A stretch of DNA of 56,072 bases from Steroidobacteraceae bacterium (GTDB lineage: Bacteria > Pseudomonadota > Gammaproteobacteria > Steroidobacterales > Steroidobacteraceae). The notes below the pieces were generated by a model. That model made no database searches and was not told where the DNA came from. It saw nothing but the letters and a program-made list of their open reading frames with translations. Below, piece by piece: positions 7,497 to 16,271 of the stretch. The position numbers were made by a program, and so were the translations under genes. The stretch lies in contig DASXLF010000564.1 of assembly GCA_036496405.1 (NCBI GenBank), forward strand, positions 1-56,072. Reading direction: 5' to 3'. Numbering within the stretch: the first letter of the stretch is position 1; each line of letters begins with the position of its first letter.

Positions 7497-10052
7497 TCAG
7501 AACTTGAATACCGCGGTCACGCCGATGGTCAGCGGTCGAAATGTGATGTCCCGGTACAGTGGCGTGGCGAGCGTCGCGCCGCTGTCATCGTAGCTGATCA
7601 CCTGGTGGTTGGAGTTCGTGATGGTATGGCTGTTGAGCAGGTTGTCCGCGAATAGGGACAGCGCCCAGCGGTCGATCTGGGTGCCGACCCGTAGCGACAC
7701 GAAATGAGTCGCGATCAGTGGTAGCGTGTACGACGGCTTGGTGGGGTCGGCGTTGTCATACTGTGACGTGCGTGAATCGCGTGATGGCGCCAGCCATTTC
7801 TCACCACTGCCGTACTCATAATCCAGGCGTGCAAACGATTCATGGGAAAAAACGTTGAATTTGTACTGTGGGCTGATGGTCACGGTCCAGGGCGGCGTAC
7901 CGACGCTGTTCTCGCCCACGATGGCATCCACCACCGCGTCGCCTTTGGCGACCACTGGCAAAGCGCCACTAGTCGAGGATCCGACGAAGGCATTCTCAGT
8001 GTATTGCGCATCGGTGTAGCCGACCGCGGTCTCAAGGCTGAAGCCTGCGCCTAGATCGAAGTCGGCTTGCAGGTCGAAGCCCTTGGAAACCGCTGCGCCC
8101 AGATTCTGAGTCCACTGGATCTGACAGATCGGCGGCACAACATTCTGTTGAATGTTATTCCACTTGATGTAATAGAAGCTCGTCGCCAGGCGCACGGTAT
8201 TGTTGAGGTTGTTCTTGGCGCCGATCTCGAAACTCTGCACGGTGTCGGATTTGTAAGAATCCGGCGCGCCGCTGATGCCGAAGTTGGCGAAGTCCTGGCC
8301 GCACACCAGACCGCCAGGCACCTCGGGATTGCCACCGCCGCTGCGAAAGCCCTTGGCGTAAGTGGCGTAATAGAGGTCATTCGAGTCGGCTTGGTATGAC
8401 AGGCCGAGCTTCGGCGTTACCGGCGTCTCGCTGGCGGCATGCGCACCGGGGCGAGGGCCGCCATTCTGCGGACCACCCGACAGGCTCGAAATAGAGAACT
8501 GTGTATAGGCGATGCGCGCGCCGGCGAGTACCTTGAGCTTGTCGGTCACATTGATATCGGCCTCGCCGAAGCCGGCAAATTGCCGGTCGTGGCTGATCAG
8601 CGAATTGAAATACGAGTCGCCCATCGGCAATATCGAGGTGCCGTCCGGATTCGTGTCGGTGGTATCGCCGAAAAATGCGGCGGCACCCTGGCCAAACTCC
8701 TGAAAGAAAAACGTATCGGCCATCGGATCATGAATCTGCTCCAGGCTGAACTGGCGATTGATGGATACGAAGGCACCGACGGTCCAGTTCACGCGCGCGT
8801 CCCGGTCAGTGGACTGCAGGCGCAACTCCTCGGTGAAGTCGCGCTGCTGATTGGTGACGGTAGTCGGTGAGCGATAGTTCACCAGCCCGTCCGGCAAGTG
8901 CAGGCCGCTACCATCAATGAGGGGAAAATCCGCACTGCCGAACGACTGATAGAAACTCAAATTGTAGAGCGTGCCGTCATATTCGCTCTGGTCGTCGCGA
9001 TGAAAAAAGGACGTAGTTGAGATCAGGCGCGTCGGCCCCAGATCCAGCTGAACATTCAGCGCCGGCAGGTAGAACGCGTCGGGCTCGGGACTGCGCGTGG
9101 GATTCGCACTTACGAAGTGGTCGCTGCCCGGATTGGAATAGATCGGCCAGTAGATGGTAACGTCGTTGCGCTCGCGGTCCTGGTAGAAAAAACTGGGGGT
9201 AATGGTTAGCGCCGAGGTCGGCTGCCAGACGGCCGCCAGACGTACTGCGGTGGTGCGGTCGAAATTCGAATCCGGTTCCACCACATTGAGCGTGGTCGGA
9301 TCGATACGATCGATCCAGCCGCCATCGCGCCGATAATACACGCTGCCCTTGATCGCCAGCTCGCCAGGGATAATCGGCGTCCCCGCCGATACGCCGGTTT
9401 CGTAGCTCAATGCCCCGCCGTCGGTGAATGAGGTCTCCGCGCGTGCGTATAGCTGGGGCTTGGTCAGATCCGGTTGTGACGTGATATAGCGCACGGTGCC
9501 GCCCTCGGAGCCGGCACCAAACAAGGTGCCTTGCGGGCCGCGCAGGATCTCAATGCGATCAAGATCAAACACCTTCAGCAGGCTGTCGTCGGCGTTGAAG
9601 CCCAGCGATCTGATCTGAATGGGCACGTCGTCGATGTAGATGCCGGTGGTACCGGAGCCGCCCGATGATGAAATGCCGCGTATGGAGATGCGATTGGTCT
9701 CGTCGGCGTCAAATGACACGCCAGGGGTGAAGCGCACCACGTCGGAAAAATCCTTTATGCCCTTGAGATCCATGGCATCGCGTGTTTCGACGCTGACACT
9801 GATGGGCACTCGGCTCAGCGATTCCTCCTGACGCGTGGCGGTAACAGTGATTTCCTCCAACACCGAGCTGCTGGCCTCAGCAGGCGTCTCAGCCGGCGTC
9901 TCAGCCGGCGTCGCCGACGCGGCGGCTGCTGGGGTTTGCGCCGTCGCCAGTTGAATTCCCGGGAAGCACAGCAGTAGCGGCAGCGTTAACTTGCACGCGG
10001 CAGCAACAATGGAGCGGGCAGCATCTGAACGCGAGCTTGCAGTGGCTGGCAT
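7497..10052 (-). CDS. TonB-dependent outer-membrane receptor
   Basis: 851 aa with a signal peptide and a plug region (ITVTATRQEESL...IEILRGPQGTLFG). The long beta-rich barrel ends in a terminal aromatic residue (TAVFKF). Confidence 0.9.
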   Translation of the reverse strand: MPATASSRSDAARSIVAAACKLTLPLLLCFPGIQLATAQTPAAAASATPAETPAETPAEASSSVLEEITVTATRQEESLSRVPISVSVETRDAMDLKGIKDFSDVVRFTPGVSFDADETNRISIRGISSSGGSGTTGIYIDDVPIQIRSLGFNADDSLLKVFDLDRIEILRGPQGTLFGAGSEGGTVRYITSQPDLTKPQLYARAETSFTDGGALSYETGVSAGTPIIPGELAIKGSVYYRRDGGWIDRIDPTTLNVVEPDSNFDRTTAVRLAAVWQPTSALTITPSFFYQDRERNDVTIYWPIYSNPGSDHFVSANPTRSPEPDAFYLPALNVQLDLGPTRLISTTSFFHRDDQSEYDGTLYNLSFYQSFGSADFPLIDGSGLHLPDGLVNYRSPTTVTNQQRDFTEELRLQSTDRDARVNWTVGAFVSINRQFSLEQIHDPMADTFFFQEFGQGAAAFFGDTTDTNPDGTSILPMGDSYFNSLISHDRQFAGFGEADINVTDKLKVLAGARIAYTQFSISSLSGGPQNGGPRPGAHAASETPVTPKLGLSYQADSNDLYYATYAKGFRSGGGNPEVPGGLVCGQDFANFGISGAPDSYKSDTVQSFEIGAKNNLNNTVRLATSFYYIKWNNIQQNVVPPICQIQWTQNLGAAVSKGFDLQADFDLGAGFSLETAVGYTDAQYTENAFVGSSTSGALPVVAKGDAVVDAIVGENSVGTPPWTVTISPQYKFNVFSHESFARLDYEYGSGEKWLAPSRDSRTSQYDNADPTKPSYTLPLIATHFVSLRVGTQIDRWALSLFADNLLNSHTITNSNHQVISYDDSGATLATPLYRDITFRPLTIGVTAVFKF
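9883..9918. repeat. 12-bp tandem repeat (about 2.5 copies of ggcgtctcagcc) inside the receptor gene
   Basis: Read directly: ggcgtctcagcc at 9883-9894 and 9895-9906, then the degenerate copy ggcgtcgccgac. It encodes the (TPAE)n linker ATPAETPAETPAEA behind the receptor signal peptide. Confidence 0.8.
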
Positions 10053-10236
10053 GTCACATCCCTAGTCTGTGGCGTTATTTCTTCTATCCCGAGACCCAGA
10101 TCGCAAGTTAAACCCAGTTCGCTGCCACGGCAATGGAAGTTGCGTGATAACGACAATCGAGACAGCTGGCGGCACAGTTGGAGTGCGGCGCCGGCCCGGT
10201 GCCGCGCGATCCGCCCGGTGCTGGTGCGCTGCCGTG

Positions 10237-10824
10237 CTACCCGAACGCCCGCAAGGCCTGTTGCCAGGCGGGCAGATCGGTTATCGCCACGAATGCCAGC
10301 CCCGCCAGCGCGCCATTGAAGTGAGCCTCGTGATTGATGCGGCCGTGCGGATGCCGCGCCGCATAGAAGCTGTAGATCAGGTATCCGGCGGCAAACAGCG
10401 GTGCCGGTATGGGCAGCGGTATGGGCAGCACCATGATGGATTGCCGCGGAAAATATACGATCGAGGCGAACAGCACTGCCAGGATGGCACCGGATGCACC
10501 GAGGCAGGCGTAGTCGGGATTGTGGCGTTGTTTGAAGTAGGTACCGGTGTTGCTGGCTGCCAGACCCAGTCCGTACAGTGCGACAAAGCGTCCGCTGCCG
10601 ATCACGCGCTCGAGCGGGAAGGCGAAGAACCAGAAGGTGAGACAGTTGAACAGCAGGTGCGAGAGATCGGCATGTACGAAGGCGCTGCCCACGGCCGTCC
10701 AGTATTGATGGCGCCGCAAGAACCAGTATGGCCGAAAAAGGTTCTTTTCGATGATGCTCGGCGCAACCCACAGTCCAGCAAGACTGATGAGAAGGATCAG
10801 CGCCAGAATGATTGCGGCTGCCAC
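10237..10824 (-). CDS. Rhomboid-family intramembrane serine protease
   Basis: Polytopic membrane protein with the catalytic GASGA motif (LGASGAILAV) and a downstream His (NHEAHFNGALAG). WFLRR and HxxxxHxxxN-like motifs are also present. Confidence 0.85.
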   Translation of the reverse strand: MAAAIILALILLISLAGLWVAPSIIEKNLFRPYWFLRRHQYWTAVGSAFVHADLSHLLFNCLTFWFFAFPLERVIGSGRFVALYGLGLAASNTGTYFKQRHNPDYACLGASGAILAVLFASIVYFPRQSIMVLPIPLPIPAPLFAAGYLIYSFYAARHPHGRINHEAHFNGALAGLAFVAITDLPAWQQALRAFG

Positions 10825-10842
10825 GGGTTGCGCGTTCGTACG

Positions 10843-11724
10843 TCAGGCCGCGCGGCGCCGCAGCCCCAGGAGCGTGCCGGCGATGCAGGCCGCCACCCCG
10901 GCGAAGGTTTCGATGTGCCAGTGCAGATGCTCGAACGCGGTCGAGAGCAGCAGCGCGACGATCGGGATAGCCACGGCCGTATAAGCGACGCGGTCGGCGC
11001 CGATCCGTCCCATGAGTGTCAGGTAGGCACCGAAGGCCACCGCGGAACCGAACACGGCCAGAAATGCAAGCGATGTCAGGTAGGGCCAGGACAGCTCGAG
11101 CTGCAGTCTCGCACCACTGGCGAGCGCAATGCCGGTAACGAACACCGCACCATAGAGCATGGACCAGGCATTCACCTGCAGCACCGGCAAGTGACGGCGG
11201 TGATTGCGGGTGGCGACCATGTTGCCGAGCGAGGCCACCGCCGTGGCTGCTACCGCCAGCAGCAACCCGCGCCGCTCATTGCCCGCACTGGAAACCGTTA
11301 GTACTTCGCGACCGAACACCAGCATTACACCGACTATGCCGAGCAGCGCCGCGATCACCGCCGTAAAACGGATCGGCTGGCCGAAGAACACCCGCATGCC
11401 CAGCGCATTCATGAAAATGACCAGCGAATTCACCACCGCAACCAGTCCTGAGGTCAGGTACTGCTCTGACAGGTAGATGCCGACATAATTGAGCCCGAAC
11501 AGCAGTACTCCCTGCAGTGCAATCCACACATGATCACGCGCGGCGAAGCGCAAGGGCTTGCGTCGGCACGCGGCAAATAGCAGCAGCAGCATCGCAGCCA
11601 GCGCGAAGCGCCACGCGACCGAGACAATGGGCGACACCAGCCCGAGCTGGAATTTGATCACCAGCCAGGTGGATCCCCAGATCATCACCGATATGAGGTA
11701 GAGGGAGAGATTACTCATGGGCAT
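10843..11724 (-). CDS. EamA/DMT-superfamily transporter
   Basis: 293 aa with about 10 hydrophobic helices arranged as two EamA-like halves. The start could be 11724 or 11718. Confidence 0.85.
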   Translation of the reverse strand: MPMSNLSLYLISVMIWGSTWLVIKFQLGLVSPIVSVAWRFALAAMLLLLFAACRRKPLRFAARDHVWIALQGVLLFGLNYVGIYLSEQYLTSGLVAVVNSLVIFMNALGMRVFFGQPIRFTAVIAALLGIVGVMLVFGREVLTVSSAGNERRGLLLAVAATAVASLGNMVATRNHRRHLPVLQVNAWSMLYGAVFVTGIALASGARLQLELSWPYLTSLAFLAVFGSAVAFGAYLTLMGRIGADRVAYTAVAIPIVALLLSTAFEHLHWHIETFAGVAACIAGTLLGLRRRAA

Positions 11725-11771
11725 GGTGTGCCGATGATGCTAGCGCAGTCGGCGCTCTTATACTGGCGCGC

Positions 11772-12668
11772 ATGAGTGCCTTGCTGCTGCTGTTCGCCTG
11801 TCTCGCCCTGGGCATCGTGGTCGCGCAGTTGGCACGGCCACCGGCTGGACTGGCGCAATCCCTGAATTGGTGGGTCATCAACATCGCACTGCCGGCGTTG
11901 GTGCTGAATGTCATCCCACGCATCCACTTCCAGACCCAGTTCTGGTTTCTGACGGCCGCCAACTGGCTGGTGTTCGTGGGTTCGTGGCTGTTGTTTGCCG
12001 TGCTCGGCAAAACCATGGGGTGGTCACGCGCGCGCATCGGCGCGTTGACGCTGGTTGGCGGTCTTGGCAACACCGCGTTCATGGGCTATCCCATGATTCT
12101 GGCGCTGCGCGGCACGCAGGGACTGTCGCTGGCCGTGATCGGCGATCAGACCGGCTGCTTTACCGCGCTGGTGATCGGCGGTGTCGCGGTCACTGTGATT
12201 TACGCTGACCGGCGGCTGCGGCCATGGCAGGTGCTGCGCCAGATCCTGCTGTTCCCGGCCTTTGTCGCGCTCATGGCCGGAATACTACTCGGTGTGCTGG
12301 GTGATCCGTTCGCGCTGCTGCATGATCTGTGCGGCTCCGTGGCGGCGACACTGACGCCGCTGGCGCTGTTTTCCGTGGGCTTACAGCAGCGACTGGTCTT
12401 GCCGCGCGCACACCTCCCGGCCATCGGCTGCGTTCTAGGATGGAAGCTGCTGCTCGCGCCGCTGGCATGCCTGGGCCTTGGACGGGCAGGCGGCGTCACC
12501 GGGCTGGTGCTGGCGGTGGGGGTGCTGCAGGCAGCCATGCCGCCAATGATCTCGGCGGCGATCCTGGCCGATCAATACCGACTAGAGCCAGCGCTGGCCA
12601 ATGCAGTGCTGGGTCTGGCCATATTGATTTCGCTGCTCACGGTACCGTGGATCAACACCCTGCTGTAG
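11772..12668 (+). CDS. AEC (auxin efflux carrier) family transporter
   Basis: 298 aa polytopic protein. GLGNTAFMGYP and MPPMISAAILA are typical of the AEC/membrane transport family. Confidence 0.85.
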   Translation: MSALLLLFACLALGIVVAQLARPPAGLAQSLNWWVINIALPALVLNVIPRIHFQTQFWFLTAANWLVFVGSWLLFAVLGKTMGWSRARIGALTLVGGLGNTAFMGYPMILALRGTQGLSLAVIGDQTGCFTALVIGGVAVTVIYADRRLRPWQVLRQILLFPAFVALMAGILLGVLGDPFALLHDLCGSVAATLTPLALFSVGLQQRLVLPRAHLPAIGCVLGWKLLLAPLACLGLGRAGGVTGLVLAVGVLQAAMPPMISAAILADQYRLEPALANAVLGLAILISLLTVPWINTLL

Positions 12669-12698
12669 TCGGGCGCCGCCGTGCGAACTGTTCCCAGC

Positions 12699-13544
12699 CT
12701 ATTTGGGCTCGCTGCCCGGCTGGGCATCCTCCATCGGATAGGTGTGGACGGCTCCGGACCCGGGCGGCGGGCTCGAAGCAGGGGCGACAGTGGCCGGCGG
12801 CGGCGGTGGAGAGCCCGGTGCACTGCTGGAAGCAGCGGCGTCGGTGGTGCCGTTGGTGCTCGCGGCCACTGCGGCCAGGAAACGCCGGGCCGTTTCCGCA
12901 TGCGTGACGACCTTGCCGGTGGTGATCTCGGTAGTGGTCACTTCGTCGCCGTGATAGAAAGCATTGTTGGCGCGATGATCAAAGGCGATGACGGTGCCAT
13001 CGAGGGCGACACCGGCAAACAGGCCGCGCGAGCGGGAATAAGAGTAGATTTCGGCGTTGATGCCGGCGGCCGCTTCAGTCTGGCGGCCCACGGGGCCGGC
13101 TGCGACCGAGGCATCGGCGCCCAGGGTGAACTTGCCGCGCGCGAAATTCTCCACACTGCGCTGAGTCACGAACACCAGCACGACATCAGTGGAGGTCGCT
13201 CCGACCTGCCAGCCGACACTGCCGCCCGAAAGGCTGATGAAAATAGGGTTGCTGAACCGGCCCGATGCGTCGCGCACGCTGAGCACACCGTTGCCGTAGC
13301 GGCCGCCAAAAATGAACGCACCCTTGATGACTTCGGGGATTACCGCCACGCCATAGGCGCGTTGCATGAGCCAGTCAGGCACATTCTGGTCCGGCGTCGC
13401 CCGCAACTCCTCCAGTACCTGGGTGGAAGTGATGAGGCGCGCGTCCTCGCGGCTCTGGTCGGCCGTCTGCGCGAAAGCCTGGGGCAGGAATGCCATCAAC
13501 GTCGCGCCGCACAGCAGCAGGCGCTGAAATAAGGATCGGTTCAT
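12699..13544 (-). CDS. SYLF (Ysc84/DUF500) lipid-binding-domain secreted protein with Pro-rich tail
   Basis: I trimmed the start to the ATG at 13544 (MNRSLFQRLLLCGATLMAFLPQAFA, a signal peptide). The core carries AYGVAVIPEVIKGAFIFGGRYGNGVL...GGSVGWQVGA...FTLGADASVAAGPVGR, which is the SYLF pattern. The 407 aa track version runs back into the upstream gene. Confidence 0.8.
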   Translation of the reverse strand: MNRSLFQRLLLCGATLMAFLPQAFAQTADQSREDARLITSTQVLEELRATPDQNVPDWLMQRAYGVAVIPEVIKGAFIFGGRYGNGVLSVRDASGRFSNPIFISLSGGSVGWQVGATSTDVVLVFVTQRSVENFARGKFTLGADASVAAGPVGRQTEAAAGINAEIYSYSRSRGLFAGVALDGTVIAFDHRANNAFYHGDEVTTTEITTGKVVTHAETARRFLAAVAASTNGTTDAAASSSAPGSPPPPPATVAPASSPPPGSGAVHTYPMEDAQPGSEPK

Positions 13545-13588
13545 GAATCGCCTCCAACAGCGATGGACATCAGGAGGCGGATAATCGT

Positions 13589-14758
13589 TCAGTACCAGAA
13601 GGAAATAAAGAACTGTGTGACGTTGGCGTCGAAAGAGTAGAGCGGCACGCCCACGGCTGAGCCGCCCACGGTGTAGTTGTGAAAGTCGTCGTAGGCCACG
13701 TGCAGCCGGTTGTAACTCAGGTTCAACGAGCCTTTTTCGATCCAGCGCGGCCAACTGGGATGGAACTGCCAGCTCGCCCCCAGCCCCAGCGTCAGGTCGT
13801 GAAACTGGGCTAATTCCCGGTCCCGGGACATGAAGTTCTGCGAGTCCTCGAAGGGGAACAGGTCGCTGTAGAAGTCCGCAGCCTTCTGGCGGTAATAACG
13901 GGCGTTCGCCGACAGCGTCCAACTGGTAAACAGCGGCTGCGTATAGCCCACTCCCAGGGTATGCGCCGTGATACCCCAGGTATCATGGTAAAAGCGGTAG
14001 TTACCATCGAGCGCGGCGTGCCACGGCAGGTAGTACTTCAGCTGCGCCGAGGCCGCATTGCCGGTGCGGGTATTGGGAGTGACCTGGTCTTCGGTCTGCA
14101 CCAATCCTTCGGGGTTCAGGTAGCGGGCAGAACGATAGGGACTCTGCAGATAACCGTCGCTCTCGTCGGTTTCGACGTTCACGGCCAGCAGCAGATTGCG
14201 CGTCAGGATTTGTGAGACGCTCGCCGTCCAATTGCGGTGATCGGCATCGCCGACCCAGGTCGTCATGCGGCCGCCATCGGCATAGCGGCCATTGAGATAA
14301 GTGTCCTCGCCCACCTTATCCCAGCCGCGCGAAAATCCGAACGACACCGTAGTGAGATCGCCGAACATCGACTGGCTGACCGAGAAGAAGGCGGTCCTGG
14401 CCTTGTAGTCCGGCTCGTTGCTCTCGATGTAGCCGGCGCTGTAGGTAGTGCTGCCACGCAGATAGTCGGCGCTCACACTGCCCTGCCTGCGGGTCTCCTT
14501 ATATGGGCTCGCGGTCGATAGCACGTCAACCGAGGCGCTGGAGATCATATCGACGTAGTAGTTGGCGGCCAGCGACAGCGAATCGGTGACCTTCTTGCGC
14601 ACCAGGATCGAGGGCCCTTCGACTGTGACACCGCCGCCTTCCCAGTCGTGGAACAGCAGGTCGGCGCGATCATCTGGAAGTACCGCAGCGCGCCCGGCCA
14701 TCGCCAGTGCGAACAGCGCCGCTATCAGGTTTCTGCCCCGGATACTGCTGCCAGCCAT
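13589..14758 (-). CDS. DUF3570-family outer-membrane beta-barrel protein
   Basis: Signal peptide followed by LLFHDWEGGGVTVEGPS. Alternating beta-strand patterns run throughout, and the protein ends in aromatic FISFWY. This matches my memory of DUF3570. Confidence 0.8.
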   Translation of the reverse strand: MAGSSIRGRNLIAALFALAMAGRAAVLPDDRADLLFHDWEGGGVTVEGPSILVRKKVTDSLSLAANYYVDMISSASVDVLSTASPYKETRRQGSVSADYLRGSTTYSAGYIESNEPDYKARTAFFSVSQSMFGDLTTVSFGFSRGWDKVGEDTYLNGRYADGGRMTTWVGDADHRNWTASVSQILTRNLLLAVNVETDESDGYLQSPYRSARYLNPEGLVQTEDQVTPNTRTGNAASAQLKYYLPWHAALDGNYRFYHDTWGITAHTLGVGYTQPLFTSWTLSANARYYRQKAADFYSDLFPFEDSQNFMSRDRELAQFHDLTLGLGASWQFHPSWPRWIEKGSLNLSYNRLHVAYDDFHNYTVGGSAVGVPLYSFDANVTQFFISFWY

Positions 14759-14998
14759 TTAGTTGCAGCCGCAGCCGCCGCCGACGCTGCCGGTCGCGCC
14801 ACGCGCGCCTTCGCGCACCTCGAATACGTGATCGAGGTAAGTGCTCGAGACCGGATTCGGGTCGAACGACATGATCGGGTCAGCCAGATGCTCGCGCTCG
14901 TACGGCTTGACCCACGGCTGCAACGGCGAACAGCCGCCCAGCAGCCCGATCGCCAAGGGCGCGAGCAGCGCGAGCATGCCGAGCCGGCGTCGCGTCAT
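14759..14998 (-). CDS. DUF4266-family small lipoprotein
   Basis: 79 aa with lipobox LLGGCS, then PWVKPYEREHLADPIMSF and a C-terminal GGGCGCN. Its stop codon directly abuts the DUF3570 ATG. Confidence 0.8.
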   Translation of the reverse strand: MTRRRLGMLALLAPLAIGLLGGCSPLQPWVKPYEREHLADPIMSFDPNPVSSTYLDHVFEVREGARGATGSVGGGCGCN

Positions 14999-15000
14999 CC

Positions 15001-15528
15001 CTACTCCCGCACCAAGCTTCGAATCTGATCCAGGTATTCGCTTTCCTCGCCGGGCTTATAGCCATGATGCACGTAGCGTACCTTGCCGGTGCGATCGAGT
15101 ATCACGGTGCTGGGCATGCCGGACACCTCGTACAGCTTACTGACCTTGCTGTCGGTGTCGAACAGTATCGGAAATGAGACAGGGGTGGACTTCAGGAAGC
15201 CCACGGCATCGGCGCTCTTGGGCTCAACGTTGACGCCCAGCAAGGTGAATCCGGCGGCCTTGTACTTCTTGTAGAGCTGGTCGAGCACCGGCATTTCCTG
15301 GCGGCATGGTCCGCACCAGCTGGCCCAGAAGTTGATCAGCACTACCTGGCCTTTGAGATCGCTCAGGGACATATCCTTGCTTCCCGAGGAGGGCAGTTCG
15401 AATCCGGGCGCCACCGCCCCGGCGGTGATACTGTCCGCTACGGCCGCGGCACTGAGGGCCAGCGCCACGCCACACACCAGAACCCGCACTGTCGTCCGCA
15501 CCTGATCATGGACCGCGCTTGCTTTCAT
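15001..15528 (-). CDS. TlpA-family periplasmic thiol:disulfide oxidoreductase
   Basis: I trimmed the start to the ATG at 15528, which has a GGAG SD. The protein has a signal/anchor segment and the thioredoxin motif FWASWCGPCRQEMP. It lies 2 nt upstream of the DUF4266 gene. Confidence 0.85.
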   Translation of the reverse strand: MKASAVHDQVRTTVRVLVCGVALALSAAAVADSITAGAVAPGFELPSSGSKDMSLSDLKGQVVLINFWASWCGPCRQEMPVLDQLYKKYKAAGFTLLGVNVEPKSADAVGFLKSTPVSFPILFDTDSKVSKLYEVSGMPSTVILDRTGKVRYVHHGYKPGEESEYLDQIRSLVRE

Positions 15529-15572
15529 AAGGTCTCCGTCGCGAGCGCACGCGCCTTTGCGGCGGCATGCGT

Positions 15573-16271
15573 CTAGAAGAATACGGTCGCACCAATGGTT
15601 GCCTGAAGATTGTTCTTCAGCTCCTCCACACCCGTGACGTCGGACCTGAAGACCAGGTCCTGCACGTCGATATGCAACGCCAGCCAATCCGTCGGCAGCA
15701 CCCTGAAGCCGGCCCCGAAGTTCACCGTGAAGTTTTGATCACCCGCGAACTTGACGCTGCCGATGCCGCCGAGCACGTAAAACGCGCTGGTCATGGCGAG
15801 ATTGCGACCGATGAAGATCTCGCCCGGGAGCAAGTTGTAGCCCAGAGACAGGTTGTAATACGTGAAGCGCCTCTCAGCATCGGAAAGCAATTGCACGTTG
15901 CTCAGCGTCTCAAAGCTGGTAAAGCCAGCCTTGGCGCGGCCGTAGGTCGCCTCGGCGAAGAAATCCTCGCTGATGTGATAATCGAAGCGCAGTCCCGCCA
16001 CCGGTTGCGAGCCGAAGTCCTGGATGGACAGCTCACCGTAATACGCTCCCAATTCAACGTTGCTGGGACGGATCGTCGGCACCTTGATGGTGCGCCGCTC
16101 CACCTGTGGCTCGATGACGCTGGGTGGCGGCGAGTCCTTGTCGCTGGCTCCCGACGTCTGGTCCGACGGCTGCACACCGTCATCCGGTTTGGCGTGCCGA
16201 TGGAACATGGCGCAGCCGCCGCAAGCGAGCGCAACGAAGCTCAGTAAAAGAATGCGAATCCGAGTTTCCAT
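15573..16271 (-). CDS. Outer-membrane beta-barrel lipoprotein, unknown function
   Basis: Lipobox-like LACGGC, a Pro/Ser-rich linker, then alternating amphipathic strands ending in ATVFF. Its ATG at 16271 lies 31 nt inside the upstream gene. Confidence 0.7.
   Translation of the reverse strand: METRIRILLLSFVALACGGCAMFHRHAKPDDGVQPSDQTSGASDKDSPPPSVIEPQVERRTIKVPTIRPSNVELGAYYGELSIQDFGSQPVAGLRFDYHISEDFFAEATYGRAKAGFTSFETLSNVQLLSDAERRFTYYNLSLGYNLLPGEIFIGRNLAMTSAFYVLGGIGSVKFAGDQNFTVNFGAGFRVLPTDWLALHIDVQDLVFRSDVTGVEELKNNLQATIGATVFF

Noticed and set aside
10053-10236. Possible riboswitch (for example cobalamin) in the 184-nt leader of the TonB-dependent receptor
   Set aside because: I read the minus-strand leader and found no B12-box-like or other riboswitch core that I recognise. 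It contains only a GC-rich near-palindrome (gcggcaccgggccggcgccgc) and a direct repeat GCACCGGGC x2. These may be a weak terminator for the rhomboid gene. A covariance-model scan would be needed to be sure.
13545-13922. N-terminal 126-residue extension of the SYLF ORF (407-aa track version)
   Set aside because: The extension overlaps the 3' end of the DUF3570 gene and is Arg/Pro-rich. An internal ATG at 13544 gives a proper signal peptide.
15529-15687. N-terminal extension of the TlpA ORF, and similar extensions of hemL (54705-54827) and DUF4331 (4049-4132)
   Set aside because: Internal ATGs with SD sequences give canonical N-termini (signal peptide, or the HemL MSE...SEQLF start). The extensions overlap neighbouring genes or lack coding character.
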